64,000 nt of DNA from Eledone cirrhosa (lineage: Eukaryota): the NCBI GenBank assembly GCA_964016885.1, contig OZ024740.1, positions 166,098,001-166,162,000 of the forward strand, read 5' to 3'. Position 1 is the stretch's first letter; every line of letters starts with the position of its first letter. Position numbers and translations under genes: made by a program. The notes under the pieces are model-generated. The model did not search any database and was not told the origin of the DNA. It saw nothing but the letters and a program-made list of their open reading frames with translations. This document shows, one piece after another, positions 17,395 to 31,817 of the stretch.

Positions 17395-20300
17395 TATGTA
17401 AAAAGTAAACATAAATAAAAAATAAACAATCGTTACAGTATATGGAAGTTATATATTACGTTAACGCTTCATATAGCAGGGAGAGGGTCTTAACGTTTCG
17501 GACGCTAGTCTTTCATCAGAAGAAAAAATGAGAAATAAGCTAGATTGAGGGGAGGGGCGGGCTGGTATACTTTAGATAAAAATAACAGGTCCATTCATGT
17601 TGACATCTCTTGCAAAACTGTTGGTGCTGGCGTTTTGTGTATGATGTATTTTTTAGGAAAGTGGATGATGGGAGGCGTCTACCTGAAATGGAAAAAAAAA
17701 AACATTTTGTAAAAAGAGCTATACTTGAGCACGTGTATAAGCATGTGTGTCTTGTGTTTGGGATGTGTCCGTACGAGGCTAAGAGTAAATGCCTGTTTAT
17801 ATGTAAGTAAAAGAGTGTGTGTGCATGTAAGTACCAGGATATGGCCAAAAGTATTTTAATATAAGGGTGTGTGGGTGTGTATACAGAGCTGTGAAGGGAA
17901 AAGTAGAGTGAGCATATATAGTCGGCCTGTATTAGTTGTAAGAGAAGATGTTAATGATCAAGAGAGGGCAATAGGAATCTAGGGGTGAATGTATAAGCGC
18001 GTGTGATAATGGACGGGGTATAAGAGAAATTGGGGAGGTGAGTTGAGTCCAAGAGGGTATTATGTCCCAAGGCACAATTAGACTTTGTTCAGTCCTGGTG
18101 CGCGAAGCCTGTGATCCATGACGTAAAAGGACACCAAGACTGAAACATGTACGGAAGAATGACCAGGAGAACGAAAATGACGGGCGACAGGAATATCCAG
18201 ACCGAATCGTATGTCCCTCAAATGCACAGCAAAACGCCATACGGTGTCCCCTTTGTCCAATGTATAAAGAGCAGCAAAGGGAACACCGGAGGGCATAGAC
18301 AACGTGGGTGGGTTGTGCAGGTGAAAGAGTGGCGGATACGGAAAGACCCGTTAAGGTCTGTAAGAGTGGTGAGGGTGAAAATGAAGGGAAAAGTGTTGCA
18401 GAGGGGACGAGAACAAGGATGAGAGCCGGGTGGAGTCGTGTAAGAGAACGAGAAGGAACTGTGAACCAGGAGGTCGTGGAGGTTGCGGGCGCGCATAAAA
18501 GCAGTAATGGGTGGATTTTGAAAAATGCGAGAAGTGACAGGGTCAGAGGAGAGGATGCGGCAGGAACGGAGGATATGTCGCCGGAGTGGTAGGGTGATGG
18601 GGTGGTAGGCGAGAAGGAAAGGAACGCGGGTGTTGGGAGAGCGGGGATGAGGTGAGAGGGCTGTTGTGCGGTCTGTTTCACGGGCGCGTGTGAGAGCAGC
18701 TCGGATCATGGGGGGGGGGGGGATATCCACGCTAGATGAAACAAAGCTATGTGAAGGGAATAGGTTTCGAAATCGTCGTCCTGGCTACAGAGCCGATGAA
18801 GACGGAGGAATTGGGAATAGGGTATGGAGTGTTTGGTGTGGGTTGCATGGGAGGAGGTGAAGTCGAGCTAAGAGTGGGAGTATGTTGGTTTGATGGAGAT
18901 GGAAGTAGAGACTGTGTGGTGAGAGTGATTAATAGATAGAGAGATATCTAGAAAATCGACAGAAGAGACGAAGGCCGTGAAAGTGAGAGCAGGAAGGAAA
19001 GATAGGACAAAAGAAAGCAGTGGAGCTGCTCTAGTGATAGATACCTGCTGATAGAATTCACCCGAAAAGGAAGACCCATTGAGGGTGAGGACAAGCTCAG
19101 CCAGACGGAGCAGAGTGGTAGTGCTGGGGTAAGAGGAAAGGCGTAAGTCTAAAAAATGTTGGAGATCGCGGAGGGATGACGGTATATAGAGAGGTGATGT
19201 CCAGGGTAAAGAGAAGGCGAGAAGGACCAAGAGGGATGATGAAGGAATTGAAGAGTCGAAGGGCATGATTGGTATCGTAGATATGGGAGGGGAGATTGCC
19301 GACCAATGGGGTGAGGATGGTGTCTAATTATTCAGAAATTATCTCGGTGAGGCAGTTGCACGCAGAAACGATAGGACGGTCGGGATTATTTTGTTTGTGT
19401 ATTTTGGGGAGGAAGTAGATGGTGATTGTGAGAAGGGTGTGTACAATAAGGTTGGTGGTTGTGGGAGGGTCTAGGAGAGAGGAGGAGATGAGCTCGTGGA
19501 TGGTGAAGACACGAGTTGTTGTTAACAAGGAGTGGGGTCGGAGGATAAAGGGCGGTAAAAAAGGGTATTGTGAAGCTAGTGGAGAGCCTCAGCCCTATAG
19601 AGATCAACGCTCCAAACTACCACAGCGCCACCTTTGTCAGCGGGTTTGATGACAATGTCATCACGACGCCGAAGGTTGCTAAGAGCGGAGATCTCAGTCC
19701 GCGTGATGTTAGAGCCTCGAGAATGCTGGTGGAAACGGAACCGATTCACAGTACGCCGGTAAGTATCGACAAAGGAGTCGAGGGTGCTTAACTGGCCAGA
19801 GCTCGGCGTCCAATGTGATTGCGAGCGACTGAGACGAGTGAAGCCATCCGTCTGTGTCGATGATGGTGTGTCGTGAAAAAAAAGCTCTCAGCTTTAATCG
19901 ACGGAGGAACCCTTCAATATCGGCCCATGTATGGAACTCGTCGCAGGTAGATGTGGTTGGTATAACACGCAAACCACGGGTGAGGAGGGAGCACTCAGCT
20001 TCGGAGAGTGGTAGGTCCTGGGGTATGGTAACTACAGTGCAGGGACGTGAGGGAGTGAACGAAGCGGAGGCGGTGGGGTGAGGTGGTTGGGCAAAGCGTG
20101 TGCAGATTCAGTGGTGGGGCGAGGAAAGGGTGGCAAGGTAGGCCTTGGGGAGATCTCGGTCGAGAGAATGGATTTGGGCGACAGTTGATCGAATGGTCGC
20201 CCGGATGAGGTGGCGAGAGGAGCGGGTATGGATGGGCTCAGTGGTGGGAGCAGATTAAGAGGTGGGGTGGAACTCAGGACGGAAACCTCGGGGAATGAGG

Positions 20301-20490
20301 TGGTGGTGGAGACAGCGACTCAAAAAGGTAATGTGACTATTATATCATGTTTTGGTGAAGATGAGTTTGGAGAGATGCAGGGATGATTAGAGGCATATAG
20401 GGGGGGGGGTAGTTTCGAGGGAGTGCTTCAAACTAGAATGGAGCTGGCATAGAAAAGATTTGAGATTGGGCATATTGAAGGTACTAGGGT

Positions 20491-20494
<4 letters not shown>
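17395..20494 (-). mobile_element. Near full-length, decayed Penelope-like element (Neptune-type RT plus GIY-YIG)
   Basis: Minus-strand motifs in order: FLSRCLHHHLIPRG, LTRGL, VIKPADKGGAVV, YFLPKIHKQNNPDRPIVS, LDITSLYT, FLDISL, Cys linker PCSRPLCNT, then VYALRCSLCCSLYIGQ (GIY-YIG). Many frameshifts; a hammerhead lies in the 3' pseudo-LTR. Confidence 0.92.
17487..17523 (-). ncRNA. Minimal hammerhead in the PLE pseudo-LTR (slightly degenerate)
   Basis: CTGATGA-A-aGAC tagc GTCc-GAAA-CG-TTA with palindromic AACGTT in stem III; stem I is weak. Confidence 0.7.
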
Positions 20495-20559
<65 letters not shown>

Positions 20560-20929
20560 TACGAACATACATAGCTATATATATATAACTATATAAAGAG
20601 ATATAAAGAGAGATAAAGAGAAGGACAGATCAGCTTTAAACTAAAGCACATGGGATCATTTTGTGGTTCCTTATAAAGATATTATTCTTTTCTGAAAGAA
20701 TTCTAAAAACCATGATATTTGTGGAATACAAACACTTCTTTGAAAATATGAATGGCTGTTTTATTTGATTTCCATCTTGTTCATCGTGAAGAATGGCACT
20801 TACCAGCACCATCACAAGAACCATCATCAACCATGCCCCCCATATAACTACCACCATCACCACAACACTCCTCGAGACCATAATCTACTATCACCACCAC
20901 ATCCACCATCACACAATTCACCCCTGAGA

Positions 20930-21240
20930 CTACCATTAACTATCACATCCACACCGACCACCACTACCATTACCAACAACAGAACCACCACCACCACCAC
21001 CACCACTAGAACCACCGTCACCACCACCACTACAACCACCACCACCACCACCCCTAGAACCACCACCACTACCACCACCACCGTCACCACTACCACCACC
21101 ACTAGAACCAACCACCATCACCACCACCACCACTAGAACCGCCCGCCACCGCTACCACCACTACCACGACCACCATTACTAGAACCACCACCACCACCAC
21201 TACCACCACCACTCGAACCACCGCCACCACTACCATCACA
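20930..21240. repeat. (ACC)n-based array with a recurring ACTAGAACC interruption
   Basis: Repeated accaccacc...actagaacc units. Confidence 0.9.
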
Positions 21241-23089
21241 ACTGTCGAATTCCAACAAGAAGCATAAGAATCTTTAGAACAAATGCAATGGTGTAGAAAT
21301 CAATAGAAATAATGTTATTCTATATCATTACCAGAATTGTGTATGTGTGCACGTGTGTCTACGCGCGCAGGTGTGTGTGTATATTTGTGTGTGTGTGTGA
21401 ATATTTTTGCGTATGTGTGTGTGTACATGTGTTTTTTTTTTCTTATTGCTTTTCTTCATAGTTACGTGTGTGTTTTTGCGCCTTTCACGAAACTCGTTTA
21501 CACGATCTAACATTAGGGTCATACAAGCCTACGTACACATAACCAATAACACACACACACACGCACACTCGGTATATTAGTCGCATAGACATACATACAC
21601 AAACAATTATATAAACCCGCACGCTTAGACAGATGTATACTAGCACAAGTATAGACCAACCGACTACTGAAAAAATGCATATATATATATGTATGTGTGT
21701 GTGTGTTTGTGTGTGTGTCTGTGTGTGTATGTGTGTTTGCATATATATATATATATATATATCAAACGTACAATCATGGAAACCACTAACATACACACAC
21801 AAACGACCTATTCACGCTTAGACGAAGTGTTAGTTAACATCTGTTATATCCAGCTGAATCCTTTAGTTTTAGCTGATGACAAATTAGTAGTCTTTATCCG
21901 TGGCGTAGCTGCTTAGATATTGCAATTTAATCTAATTAGGTGGGGTCAGACAGCTTAAATAAACTTCCCGTTGCCGAAGGCGTTGCGTACAACGTGGAAT
22001 TGACTGCAAACGTAATAAATAGTTTAACAACGTTACCACAGTCCACCCTCTCACAGCAACACTATTTGAAATCATGAAAAATAATAAAAATACTATTATA
22101 CTGATAATAATAATAATAACAATGAAAATAATTACATTAATAATAATAACGATAATAAATACTACTATTACTGTTGGTGTTGTTTATAGTAACTACCACT
22201 TCTACTATCACCAAGAAGAATATACGCTATCCAGTGACCCAAAAGCAAGTATTTTTTCATCCTCAAGAAGAATAAGATTCACTCACTACAAGAAGAAGTA
22301 GATCCTGATGGCAGCCATGGTGGTGTTTAGTAGTGATTGAGAGGATTTCATACGTTAACATTTAAAATAATGCTCCTGATGATATAAATCTTGCAATTTC
22401 AAGAATGATAAAATACGGTTAATGATAGCGATTATAATGATGTCAGTGATGGTGATGACCATGATGGTGATAATTAGGCAATGGTGATGGTTTACAATGC
22501 CAGTAGTAGTGATATAGTAGTATTGTGTTGGTTATGGATAATCACTTATTTCGTGCACTTATAATGTGCTTCACGATACAATGCTTTCAGTAAGATAAGA
22601 AACACCAACCAGAAATCCTATACCATACAGATACCACTAAATTCTTCTCTCTTCCATTTCTGTCTCTGCTGATGATTTTGTGATAATCATCATCAAAAAA
22701 TGAATGACTACCAATTCTATTATTACAAACGATGTTCTCTTGTTCATAAACAAAACCACAAAGCTACACATTATTTGAAAGGTATAATCAAAAAGTTCAA
22801 TCCAAGACCATAACTTGAAGTTAAATCTCTAATCGCGATCATTTCAGTTTAAAGTCAAACAATATCAAATTTAAGAATTATAGATTCTGTTCTCTGAAAC
22901 ACAACAACAAATTGTTCATAAAGAGAGCAACTGATTATACAAACCGAAAATAACTGAAAGAACAGCTATTGTAAACAACCCCGTTATGACGTTGGCTCTG
23001 GTGTTCACAGGGAAATTACTAGGTGCAAAGAAGACTAAGTTTGATTGATCACTAGGTGGGGCGTTAACAAGAATATCAACATTAGTCTT

Positions 23090-23800
23090 GTGGTATTTCA
23101 ATATTCAGTGTAATTAGAATCCAATGTAATCTTACAGAAAGAGAGTCTAAATTTTGGTGTCGTGAAAATGAAAGAAACATATATCTCGAGAGAAAAAGTA
23201 AAAATATAATAACAAATAAACTCTTAAAAATACAGCATCAATCGAATTTAGAAATTCATTTAAAACATGAAAAAATATTTCTGTAAAACCTGGACATATT
23301 GGAGGGTTGGCAAAAATCAAAAACAAGTTTATAAATTCAGTCAGAATTGTAAAATTTCTACTACTTTATCTGTTTAGATACTGTCAGAATATTGAGTAGA
23401 CTAGCTGTAATAAAAGAATATTGCTCAGCAAAACAGTAAATCTATGAAGAATAAAATGATAACTATTATTGGTTGATCGAAAAACCTCAAAAAATCTAGC
23501 GGTAGGAAGGGAAATTGTATATGTAAATGGTTATGAGCATATTGGGCCCACCAAAGTCTGTACATATCTTGCGTAATGTCTGGTAGAAACCGATTAGTTT
23601 AAGAATGGGAGTATCGCCAGGATTCATTTGTAGTAAGCTAGTAATGAAAGGCGGTGATATTGTTAATGATTGTAGGCTATACTTGACATTGCATATAGAG
23701 ACATCTAAGGTTGTGACTTTTTTTCACTGCAAAATGCTAAAAATTTGTGGTATGTAACACGGATGTGATGAGGATAATGAGCATAATAAATTTCATCTCT
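23090..23800. mobile_element. Heavily decayed PLE-like RT remnants in opposite orientations
   Basis: On +: NVILQKESLNF (similar to L.KGLNF) and KPGHIGGLAKIK (similar to PG..YGLPKIHK). On -: LDVSI and YQTLRKICT (similar to SQ.LR..RICS). Confidence 0.35.
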
Positions 23801-24048
23801 CAATTTCTATGATCATCTAACCTTTGTTTCACAGTGAATAACAAAGTCAGACTACCATCTACTACGATATGATTTTCATGTTAAATAAGAGGAAATAAAA
23901 AATAAAGCGGTCAAAAAGCCAAAGAAATGTAATTGTATTAATGTAAAGATCATAATATGCTGTGTGTGTGTTTGTGTGTATGTGTGTGTGTGTGCGTGTG
24001 CGTGTTTATATGTATATAATCATATCTAATCATATTTTTTCTTTTCAG

Positions 24049-24200
24049 AAAAACCAAAATTTCAAGTATTACCAAGAAACACCACTGCATATGAGGGTCG
24101 TCGAGTCATGCTACATTGTGTTGCAATTGGTGACCCAAAACCATCTGTCTGGTGGGATAAAAATGGTGAAGCAAACACATGGGATTTAGCAAGATTTGAG
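24049..24200 (+). CDS. PTK7: PTK7-like exon, N-terminal half of the membrane-proximal Ig domain (not recovered in this frame by the ORF track)
   Basis: cttttcag|AA acceptor; (E)KPKFQVLPRNTTAYEGRRVMLHCVAIGDPKPSVWWDKNGEANTWDLARFE; donor GAG|gtaaat (phase 0). Phases match both neighbouring exons. Confidence 0.9.
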
Positions 24201-24480
24201 GTAAATCTTATGTTCTATGTATTTTCTAAAGTGGTATGGTGTGACTAAATTGGAATGATCTGAGGGCTGATTTTAGATGGTTGAGTGGTCGTTTTCAGAG
24301 AAAATAACCATCTTTGGATCAAAGAAATACCTAATCAAATTTGGAATTATTGTGTGAGGTGCTATTGTTGTTCACCTATTATCTCTTACTCATATTCAGA
24401 AATGTGTTAAATTATTGAAAACGTACACCATTTCCAGCATTGTTTTGTACGTTTGAGCTCCCAGGAGTAACCTGAATCTG

Positions 24481-24518
<38 letters not shown>

Positions 24519-24759
24519 ATGTATATATAAAGCATCCAGGCCACCCAGACAGGTGTTAGAGCTGGAGCAAAGATGCCCCATGTATCTGCTCTAAACTGGT
24601 TGGCATTGGGAAGGGAATCCAGTCAAAGAATAATACTGCAGGTGCAATGCATAAGCTACACATGGGTCACCAAAATACATTCATTCTGTCGTCTATCCTC
24701 AGAAACTATTGTTTCAGACTTCCTTACTTCATTACAAAATTAATGAGCATATATATGCT

Positions 24760-24927
24760 CTTCTCACACCTTATCTTTCAATTCATCTCTTATTTCTGAT
24801 GAAGGACTAGTGTTCGAAACATTAAGAATCTTTTTCCTGCTATTACAAGCATTAAACTAATATGTTTATTAATGTACTGTGTGGTTTGCTTTGTTATTCC
24901 TGTTTATTTTTTACATACATGCATTTT

Positions 24928-24930
<3 letters not shown>
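24760..24930 (+). mobile_element. Solo PLE pseudo-LTR fragment with a hammerhead core at 24796-24824, same family as 17395-17523
   Basis: CTGATGA-A-GGAC tagt GTTC-GAAA-CATTA; downstream ttaaga..cctgctat..aagc.ttaa..tttttacatac is collinear with the reverse complement of 17395-17490. Confidence 0.72.
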
Positions 24931-24996
<66 letters not shown>

Positions 24997-25001
<5 letters not shown>

Positions 25002-25032
25002 GATACATACAATATGTGTATATTGTATATAC

Positions 25033-25066
<34 letters not shown>

Positions 25067-25097
25067 GATACATACAATATGTGTATATTGTATATAC

Positions 25098-25131
<34 letters not shown>

Positions 25132-25161
25132 GATACATACAATATGTGTATATTGTATATA

Positions 25162-25202
<41 letters not shown>

Positions 25203-25232
25203 GATACATACAATATGTGTATATTGTATATA

Positions 25233-25271
<39 letters not shown>

Positions 25272-25302
25272 GATACATACAATATGTGTATATTGTATAT
25301 AC

Positions 25303-25336
<34 letters not shown>

Positions 25337-25366
25337 GATACATACAATATGTGTATATTGTATATA

Positions 25367-25411
<45 letters not shown>

Positions 25412-25460
25412 GATACATACAATATGTGTATATTGTATATATCTATATATATATATATAC
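24997..25460. repeat. Compound minisatellite: 7 copies of a 38-bp core, each followed by a variable (AT)n tract
   Basis: CATATGATACATACAATATGTGTATATTGTATATACCT recurs every 65-75 bp or so. Confidence 0.93.
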
Positions 25461-26610
25461 CGAATGGAACCAAGAAATGTTCCAAAAACATAATATAGAA
25501 TGCAGATCGAGTTTAAATATACAATATGCAAACACACACATACGTACACACACATACGTACACATACTGTGAATGTTATGATGAATTCTATTATTTTCCT
25601 AGTAAAAGACGGCATTGTACTCGACACAATAACCAAACTGCAATAACAATAACAACACAATAATATAACATTATAACATTCTGTTTACCGACCAACAATG
25701 AATATAAGGGTTTTTTCTTTCAACCTCATTGGGCTTCCAATCATTTATCTATTTCATTTACTTTTAGGACAATATTTGCACAATGCATAATTTCCCAATC
25801 TTTCTTGTTGTTATCTTCCAACCAGAGAAAGAATGTTGTAACTTCTATCTAATAATTCTTCAGAAATTCTTAAAAGCTGTTAGCACTCACAATAACAACA
25901 AAATACACTTTATATACATACTGCAATAAATCTTTGTTAATAATTTCACTGATTGAAAACGACAAGAGTGTTGAACATTTTTATATTGGTGAAATACTAC
26001 CAGGACAACACTACGATAAATGGAAATGTAGCAATAACAACAGCAACAACAACAACAATGATAATAATAATAATAATAATAATAAGAAGAAGAAGAAGAA
26101 AATGAAAAAAAGAATTAAAACAAGAAGAGGAAGGACAAGGACAAGAAGAAGAATAACAACATTTTCATCTCTTGATAATACATCATCACAAATATTTCAT
26201 CAAGGAAATAATAAACAATGTAAAAAAAGGCCTACACCCCTCCCCAACTCTTCTACTGAGAGAAGAAAGGAATATTCTAAAGGATATTAATTATTCTCAC
26301 ATTATATGTAACTGAATTAATATTATTGTTATTGATGTTGTTGTTAATGGCAATAATAATAATATTTTTGGATTGTTTCTTTATACACAGCAATCAGAAG
26401 AATGTGTGTAATTGGTTCTCTTAGTTGTTTTGAAATTAACAGTAATCTGTGTAATTTATTGCTATAAATATTTATCTTGTCCCAAACAAGGTTTTCTTAC
26501 GTCAAGATACACACTAAATAATTGAAAGCGATCTACAATAAAGGAAAAAATTCAATTACCATAAATAACTAGGTGAATATATATATGCCCCCCCCCACAC
26601 ACACACATGC

Positions 26611-26661
<51 letters not shown>

Positions 26662-26680
26662 AGTGTGTGTGTGTGTGTAT

Positions 26681-26740
26681 CCCGGGCTTTCCTGATGATT
26701 TCCTTTGAATGAAATAGATCTACTCCTGTAGAAGCCATTT
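26681..26740 (+). ncRNA. Degenerate hammerhead remnant between microsatellites
   Basis: CTGATGA (26692) - T TTC cttt GAA T - GAAA - TAGATCTA (palindrome); stem I is not formed. Confidence 0.5.
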
Positions 26741-26869
26741 ATATATATATATATATATGTGTGTGTTTTCAGGGATTATAACAACCAGTTACTCTAGACT
26801 CACCAGAGTGAGCACTCAATGCTTACTTTCCAGTAGGTATATTGGTGTTGTAGTAATCAAATTCAACCA

Positions 26870-29235
26870 CCACTTTAGCCTCAACATTTTTGCTTAATGC
26901 AAAAGCCCTTCCACCAATACTCAAAAACAGAAGATCCAATTTATTGAAGATTAGGTTAATGACCATCCTCACCAAATCCCTTTCTTCATCCTCACTGAGA
27001 CCCATCTCAATAACGTCTACTTGGAAGCTGAGCTGAGAGTGAATAATTTTAAAGCTATCTGTATAGATGATGCTGGCAGATGAAAGTCGGAACTGACATC
27101 TTTGTACATGATCCTTTTTTGACAGAGGCGAGGGATATATTTATCAATGGATACTGTGCAACAGTCTATGTGTATAGTAAAACCAACAACTTGGTATTTG
27201 GGCTCTATAGGTCACCCTAAACGCCTCTACTATGCTTCAAGTAATTACCTCAACAGCATAAAGTGTTTCATCCAACAGTATAACCCTGGCAGCATCTTAA
27301 TGATGGGAGACTTCAACTCCCCAGTGTTGACTGGTCCACAGGCGGGTTGATACCAGGTTGTTCCACTTCAACCCCTGACAAGGAGGCAGTGGAATCGCTT
27401 CTCAACTTCATGGATGAGTTTTTCCTGTCCCAACTTGTGCTCGAACCGACAAGATGCCACAAAAACATCTTGGACCTTGTATTCAGTACCCACACTGACA
27501 CTATCCATAATATTGCAGTGGAAAGAACTTTACTCTCAGACCATGGATATCTGTGATTTGAGATTCCACCATCCAAAAATCAAACCCAATCATATCTCTC
27601 CAGCCCATCCATTGACACCATGGATCTTCATAATGCAAACTGGGAAGCGATCAATCATAATCTTGCACATATTGATTGGTCATTCACGCACACATACACC
27701 CCCATTAACATCAAAACATCCTGGCAGGCATTTGTAGACACTAACAAATATACATGTAAAACATACCCCATTAAGATCTGTAAACATATATAAGTTCAGA
27801 ATCCCTAGAAATAGAACACTTATCAGAAAAATATAAAAGACAAATCAAAAAACTTAAATACTGCAGCAACACACCCATTTGGCTGTCATTACATCAGAAG
27901 AATCCAAAAAATCCAACCTCCAAAACAGCATGATGTCCATCATCAACAATCATAGAGCAGCTGAATAGTCCTGGGCCATTGAGAAAATCGAACTCAATCC
28001 CAAACTGTTCTTTTCATTTGCAAAAAAACACAAGGTCACTGGCTCCACTGTGGGCCCTCTAATTGATGAAAAAGGCACTCTCCAAGATAATGCTAAAACT
28101 ATGGGTGAGATACAGCAGAAACAATACTGCTCTATTTTCAGCAATCTTGATAGACTCTTGGGTCCTGAAGGTGTGTTGACACAAACTTGCATCTTCTCTT
28201 GCTAATTTCTGAAGGAATTCAATGGATGCTGTATATATACCTGAAAACTTACTATCCCAGTCTGATATCCAAGTTTTTAAAAAGGGAAACAAGTCCCGTG
28301 CAGTGAATTACCATCCGATCTCATTTGCCTCTTATATCATTAAGGTATTTCAGAGGGTGGTGAGATCACGAATAACTCACTTTTTTGAAAGCAACAATCT
28401 GCTGAACTCCAATGTGTGTTCTGTAATGGAAGGTTTTTTTCACAACAGAGCTACCGCATCACTTTGATGACATTTATAGAACTTTGGGAGAGGGCTCCAA
28501 TACTAATGTCGTCTACCTCGATTTAAACAAGGCCTTTGACAGGGTTAATCACAAAATTTTACTGAAAAAACTATCCAGCATTGGTGTAATGAAAAGTTGC
28601 TGCAATGGATCAAGGGTTTCCTGACAAACAGAGCCCAACATGTAGTTGAAGAAGTACAATCAATCCCACCCAAAATCAGTAGTGGCATTCCGCAAGGCAC
28701 TGTGTTGGGCCCTCTTATTTTCATTATCTGTATAAATGTTGTTACTGATCTCATGAACCACAGCAACATGAGGACCATTGTAGATGATTCCAAGCTCCAG
28801 AATGTCATCATTGGAGTGGGTGGCCGGACATACCTTCAATCAGATCTGCTTGTTGTTTTCCAATGGGCAGAAAAGAACAACATGCTACTGAACGAGGATA
28901 AATTTGAATTAATCAACATTGGAAAAGAGGATGCATGGAAACACCCAGACTTGCATGTCAACAACATTAACGGCACAATTATTTCATCTCAATTGGTTCT
29001 GTTCTCTTTAACAATACACCAAGAACACATTAAAACAGAAACAGACACAATCAAATTCAAAAAGTCTTTGGACAAATTCCTTGAAGAAATCCCGGATATT
29101 TTTCCGTAAACAATAACTCTCTCACTGAATGGGCCATATTGTTTAAATCTTGATTTGAAACACTTCGCCAGGTGGTGCTATTAAGGTAGATATGGCCTGG
29201 GCCAATACTGGCTGAAACCTATCAAAGTTATCAAA
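26870..29235 (+). mobile_element. Decayed CR1-group LINE ORF2 (APE endonuclease plus RT) with its 3' end
   Basis: LTETHL, MGDFNSP, EPTR..NILDLVF, SDH; NYHPIS, VYLDLNKAFDRVNH, SGIPQGTVLGP, IVDDSKL, FKKSLDKFL; short tandem tail tatcaaag-ttatcaaa. Many stops and deletions. Confidence 0.9.
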
Positions 29236-31769
29236 TATATATATATAGGGTAAAGTATAGAATATAGTATTTTGTTTGAGGGCTACTAAAATGCGTCTGT
29301 ATATGTTTAAAATACATGCAAGTTGGGATGACACATCGCAGTTCTTTATAGGTCCTTGTATTTATGGATAAAATTCCTTAACCTTAAAAGAAACTAGTTT
29401 GGAATTATGTATATTTTTTGTGGTTTTTAAGCAGTTTTTGAAATTTGAAAGTGGTAATTCTTTATTCCAACGCTGGATATGGCTTACGTGTACGTGGTTT
29501 CAGCTGTTCTGATGTAATCTGTTGTATTATTTTTGAAGTGGGATTAAGTGTGTAAATATATGCTAGCCAAGAGGTGTTGAGTGTTTTAGTCTATTGTTAA
29601 TTAGGGCTTTCAGCTTGTTTATTTATATAGATACCTTTATTCTGAAATTGCCCCCTTCCTATCCCTGACCTTGCTAGAAACTTTTTCTCAATTATCTTTG
29701 TCTTTACAACTCTGCGGTTCTCAATTCTCTTCGTCTTTAGTTTAGATGGACCTTCCTATAAAATGTGGTGGCTCCTCATAGGATCCTGAAACCCATATTC
29801 TCTCTCTCTCTCCCGGGCATGTCAGCAACTTCGACAAACCAAACTCATATGTAATAATTTAACACTAAAAGAAGAAAATAAATATTTTATGTTTTGGAAT
29901 TATTCGTCCTACTTCCAAAAGAAAATAGAAAGAGGAGAGAAGAAAATGAAGAAAAATTACCCAGGAAGTCGATGCCTTTACCTAGATCGCAAGTGGGAGG
30001 GAGAGAAAACTTATTTTCAACTTTAGAGAGTTCTAAATGGGAGTGAATATTAATAGTACGGATGTTTCTGCTGGGGTATGTGTGTACGTATGTACATTTG
30101 TGTATGTGTTTGTTGAACTGTGATGTTGTTTATGTATATTGTGTATCGACTTTTGTGTTAGATTTGTGTGTGGTTTGCATTCGATTTACGTATGTACGTA
30201 AATAATTTGATGTTTGTATATGTGAATGCTTATTGCACGTGTTTTGGTCATATACGTATTTATGTATATAGTTTTAGAAATGTCTATATTTATTTTCTAT
30301 GTGTGTTTGTAGGTGTGACTATATGTGTATTTTTGTGTTTTTAGTTTCATTTTGAGTCTTTGTTTGCTTCCGTATGTGTTTGGTGTGTTTATTTGATATG
30401 TATATGTATTTTTATTGTGTTTGTGTATATATACTTTTGTAAATAATATTGTGCGTTGTACTATCATGGTGTTTGTTTGATGGTGATTATAAGTTGTTGC
30501 ATATGTGTGTGTGTATGTGTGTGTGTATGTGAGTGTATGTGTGAGAGAGAAAGGGAAAGAGATTCTGAACGTGTTGTAATTGTGTGTGGCAGTGTGTATT
30601 TTCTTATGTGTATTGTATGTATAGTTGAAGGGGTAGTTAAAGAAATCTATATTCGTTAAGAATGTAAACTCAACCTTTGAACATTTACACTAATTAAATA
30701 AATAAATAAAACCTTTTCGTTGAAAAGTTGTAAAGATACAAACTAAAGAAATTAAAGAGCTAAAGGAATAATTCATTGCTTTTTCAAAGATTGTAATCAG
30801 TAAAAAGACGGTAAATTGGTTGAAACGTTAGAGCGTCGCCTCAAATTCCTCGTATTATTTGTTACCATAATCTATGTCCTGAGTTGAAGTCTCACAGATT
30901 GTTAAAATTATTAGTACTAAGAATATTGCGAGAAATGTTTTAGTTATCTGGTTTCTGTCATTGTTCAAAACGGCCACCCGTATCATTAAAGCACCAAATA
31001 AAAAAACTTCCAGTAAGATGAAATCGGTTAGGAGTCTTATTAAACATAGGCTGGTTTGGGGGTGCGTAGGTTAAATCGGAGAAAATTCTTTGAATGTTCC
31101 ACCTTATACCACCATTAAATACGGCCCCATGTTGATAATTCTTCTTCACTCTTATTCGGTAGAAACTCCACAGCGACTCAATAATAGTCGATCATTACAA
31201 CTAAGGCAGTCAATTGCTATATTCCTAAATAAGGCGATATAGCTCCCATCGGTTCCTATAAAACCTGCCAGTGCATAGTATAACTTTCACTCACATACAT
31301 CCATAAACACTTGGCATCCTATTCTGTTAATTTATATCTAAAGCTATATAGCTTCACTCTTAATAGCTTCAAAATTTCCTTCTGCGGTGACAAACCTCTT
31401 ATAAACTAGAACCGTGTAAATGTCAACGGTTTACACCGTATTTTCTTTATAATAAGACGTATGATGAACCACTTTCTTTCATGACCTATTTGGTCGCTCA
31501 AACGCGGCATTTATTTTCTCCGCGTCACATCTTTAGTCTACGTGTTATCATATATCTTAGTCACATTGTGTCTTGTTATCGACGCCTTCACAACGTTGTA
31601 TTTCTATGACTACATGAGAAAAACATTATGTTCCAGCTATCCCATCAGTTAATTTTCAAGGCGAAAATAGAAATTGATGAGCAGAGAAATACGTGTAAAG
31701 AAAAGAGTGAGATTTTGATATAACATTAAACACACAATATATATATATATGTGTACGTTTGTTTGTGAG

Positions 31770-31817
<48 letters not shown>

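Noticed and set aside
20765-21136. Thr/His-rich mucin-like ORF
   Set aside because: It is an (ACC)n repeat, and the flanking PTK7 exons already join in frame without it.
24997-25460. CRISPR-like repeat and spacer periodicity
   Set aside because: The spacers are only (AT)n, there are no cas genes, and the context is a eukaryotic intron.
29250-29830. Possible decayed PLE RT on the minus strand (KIYIIPKL...GPIKNC)
   Set aside because: The resemblance is too weak to support without a profile search.
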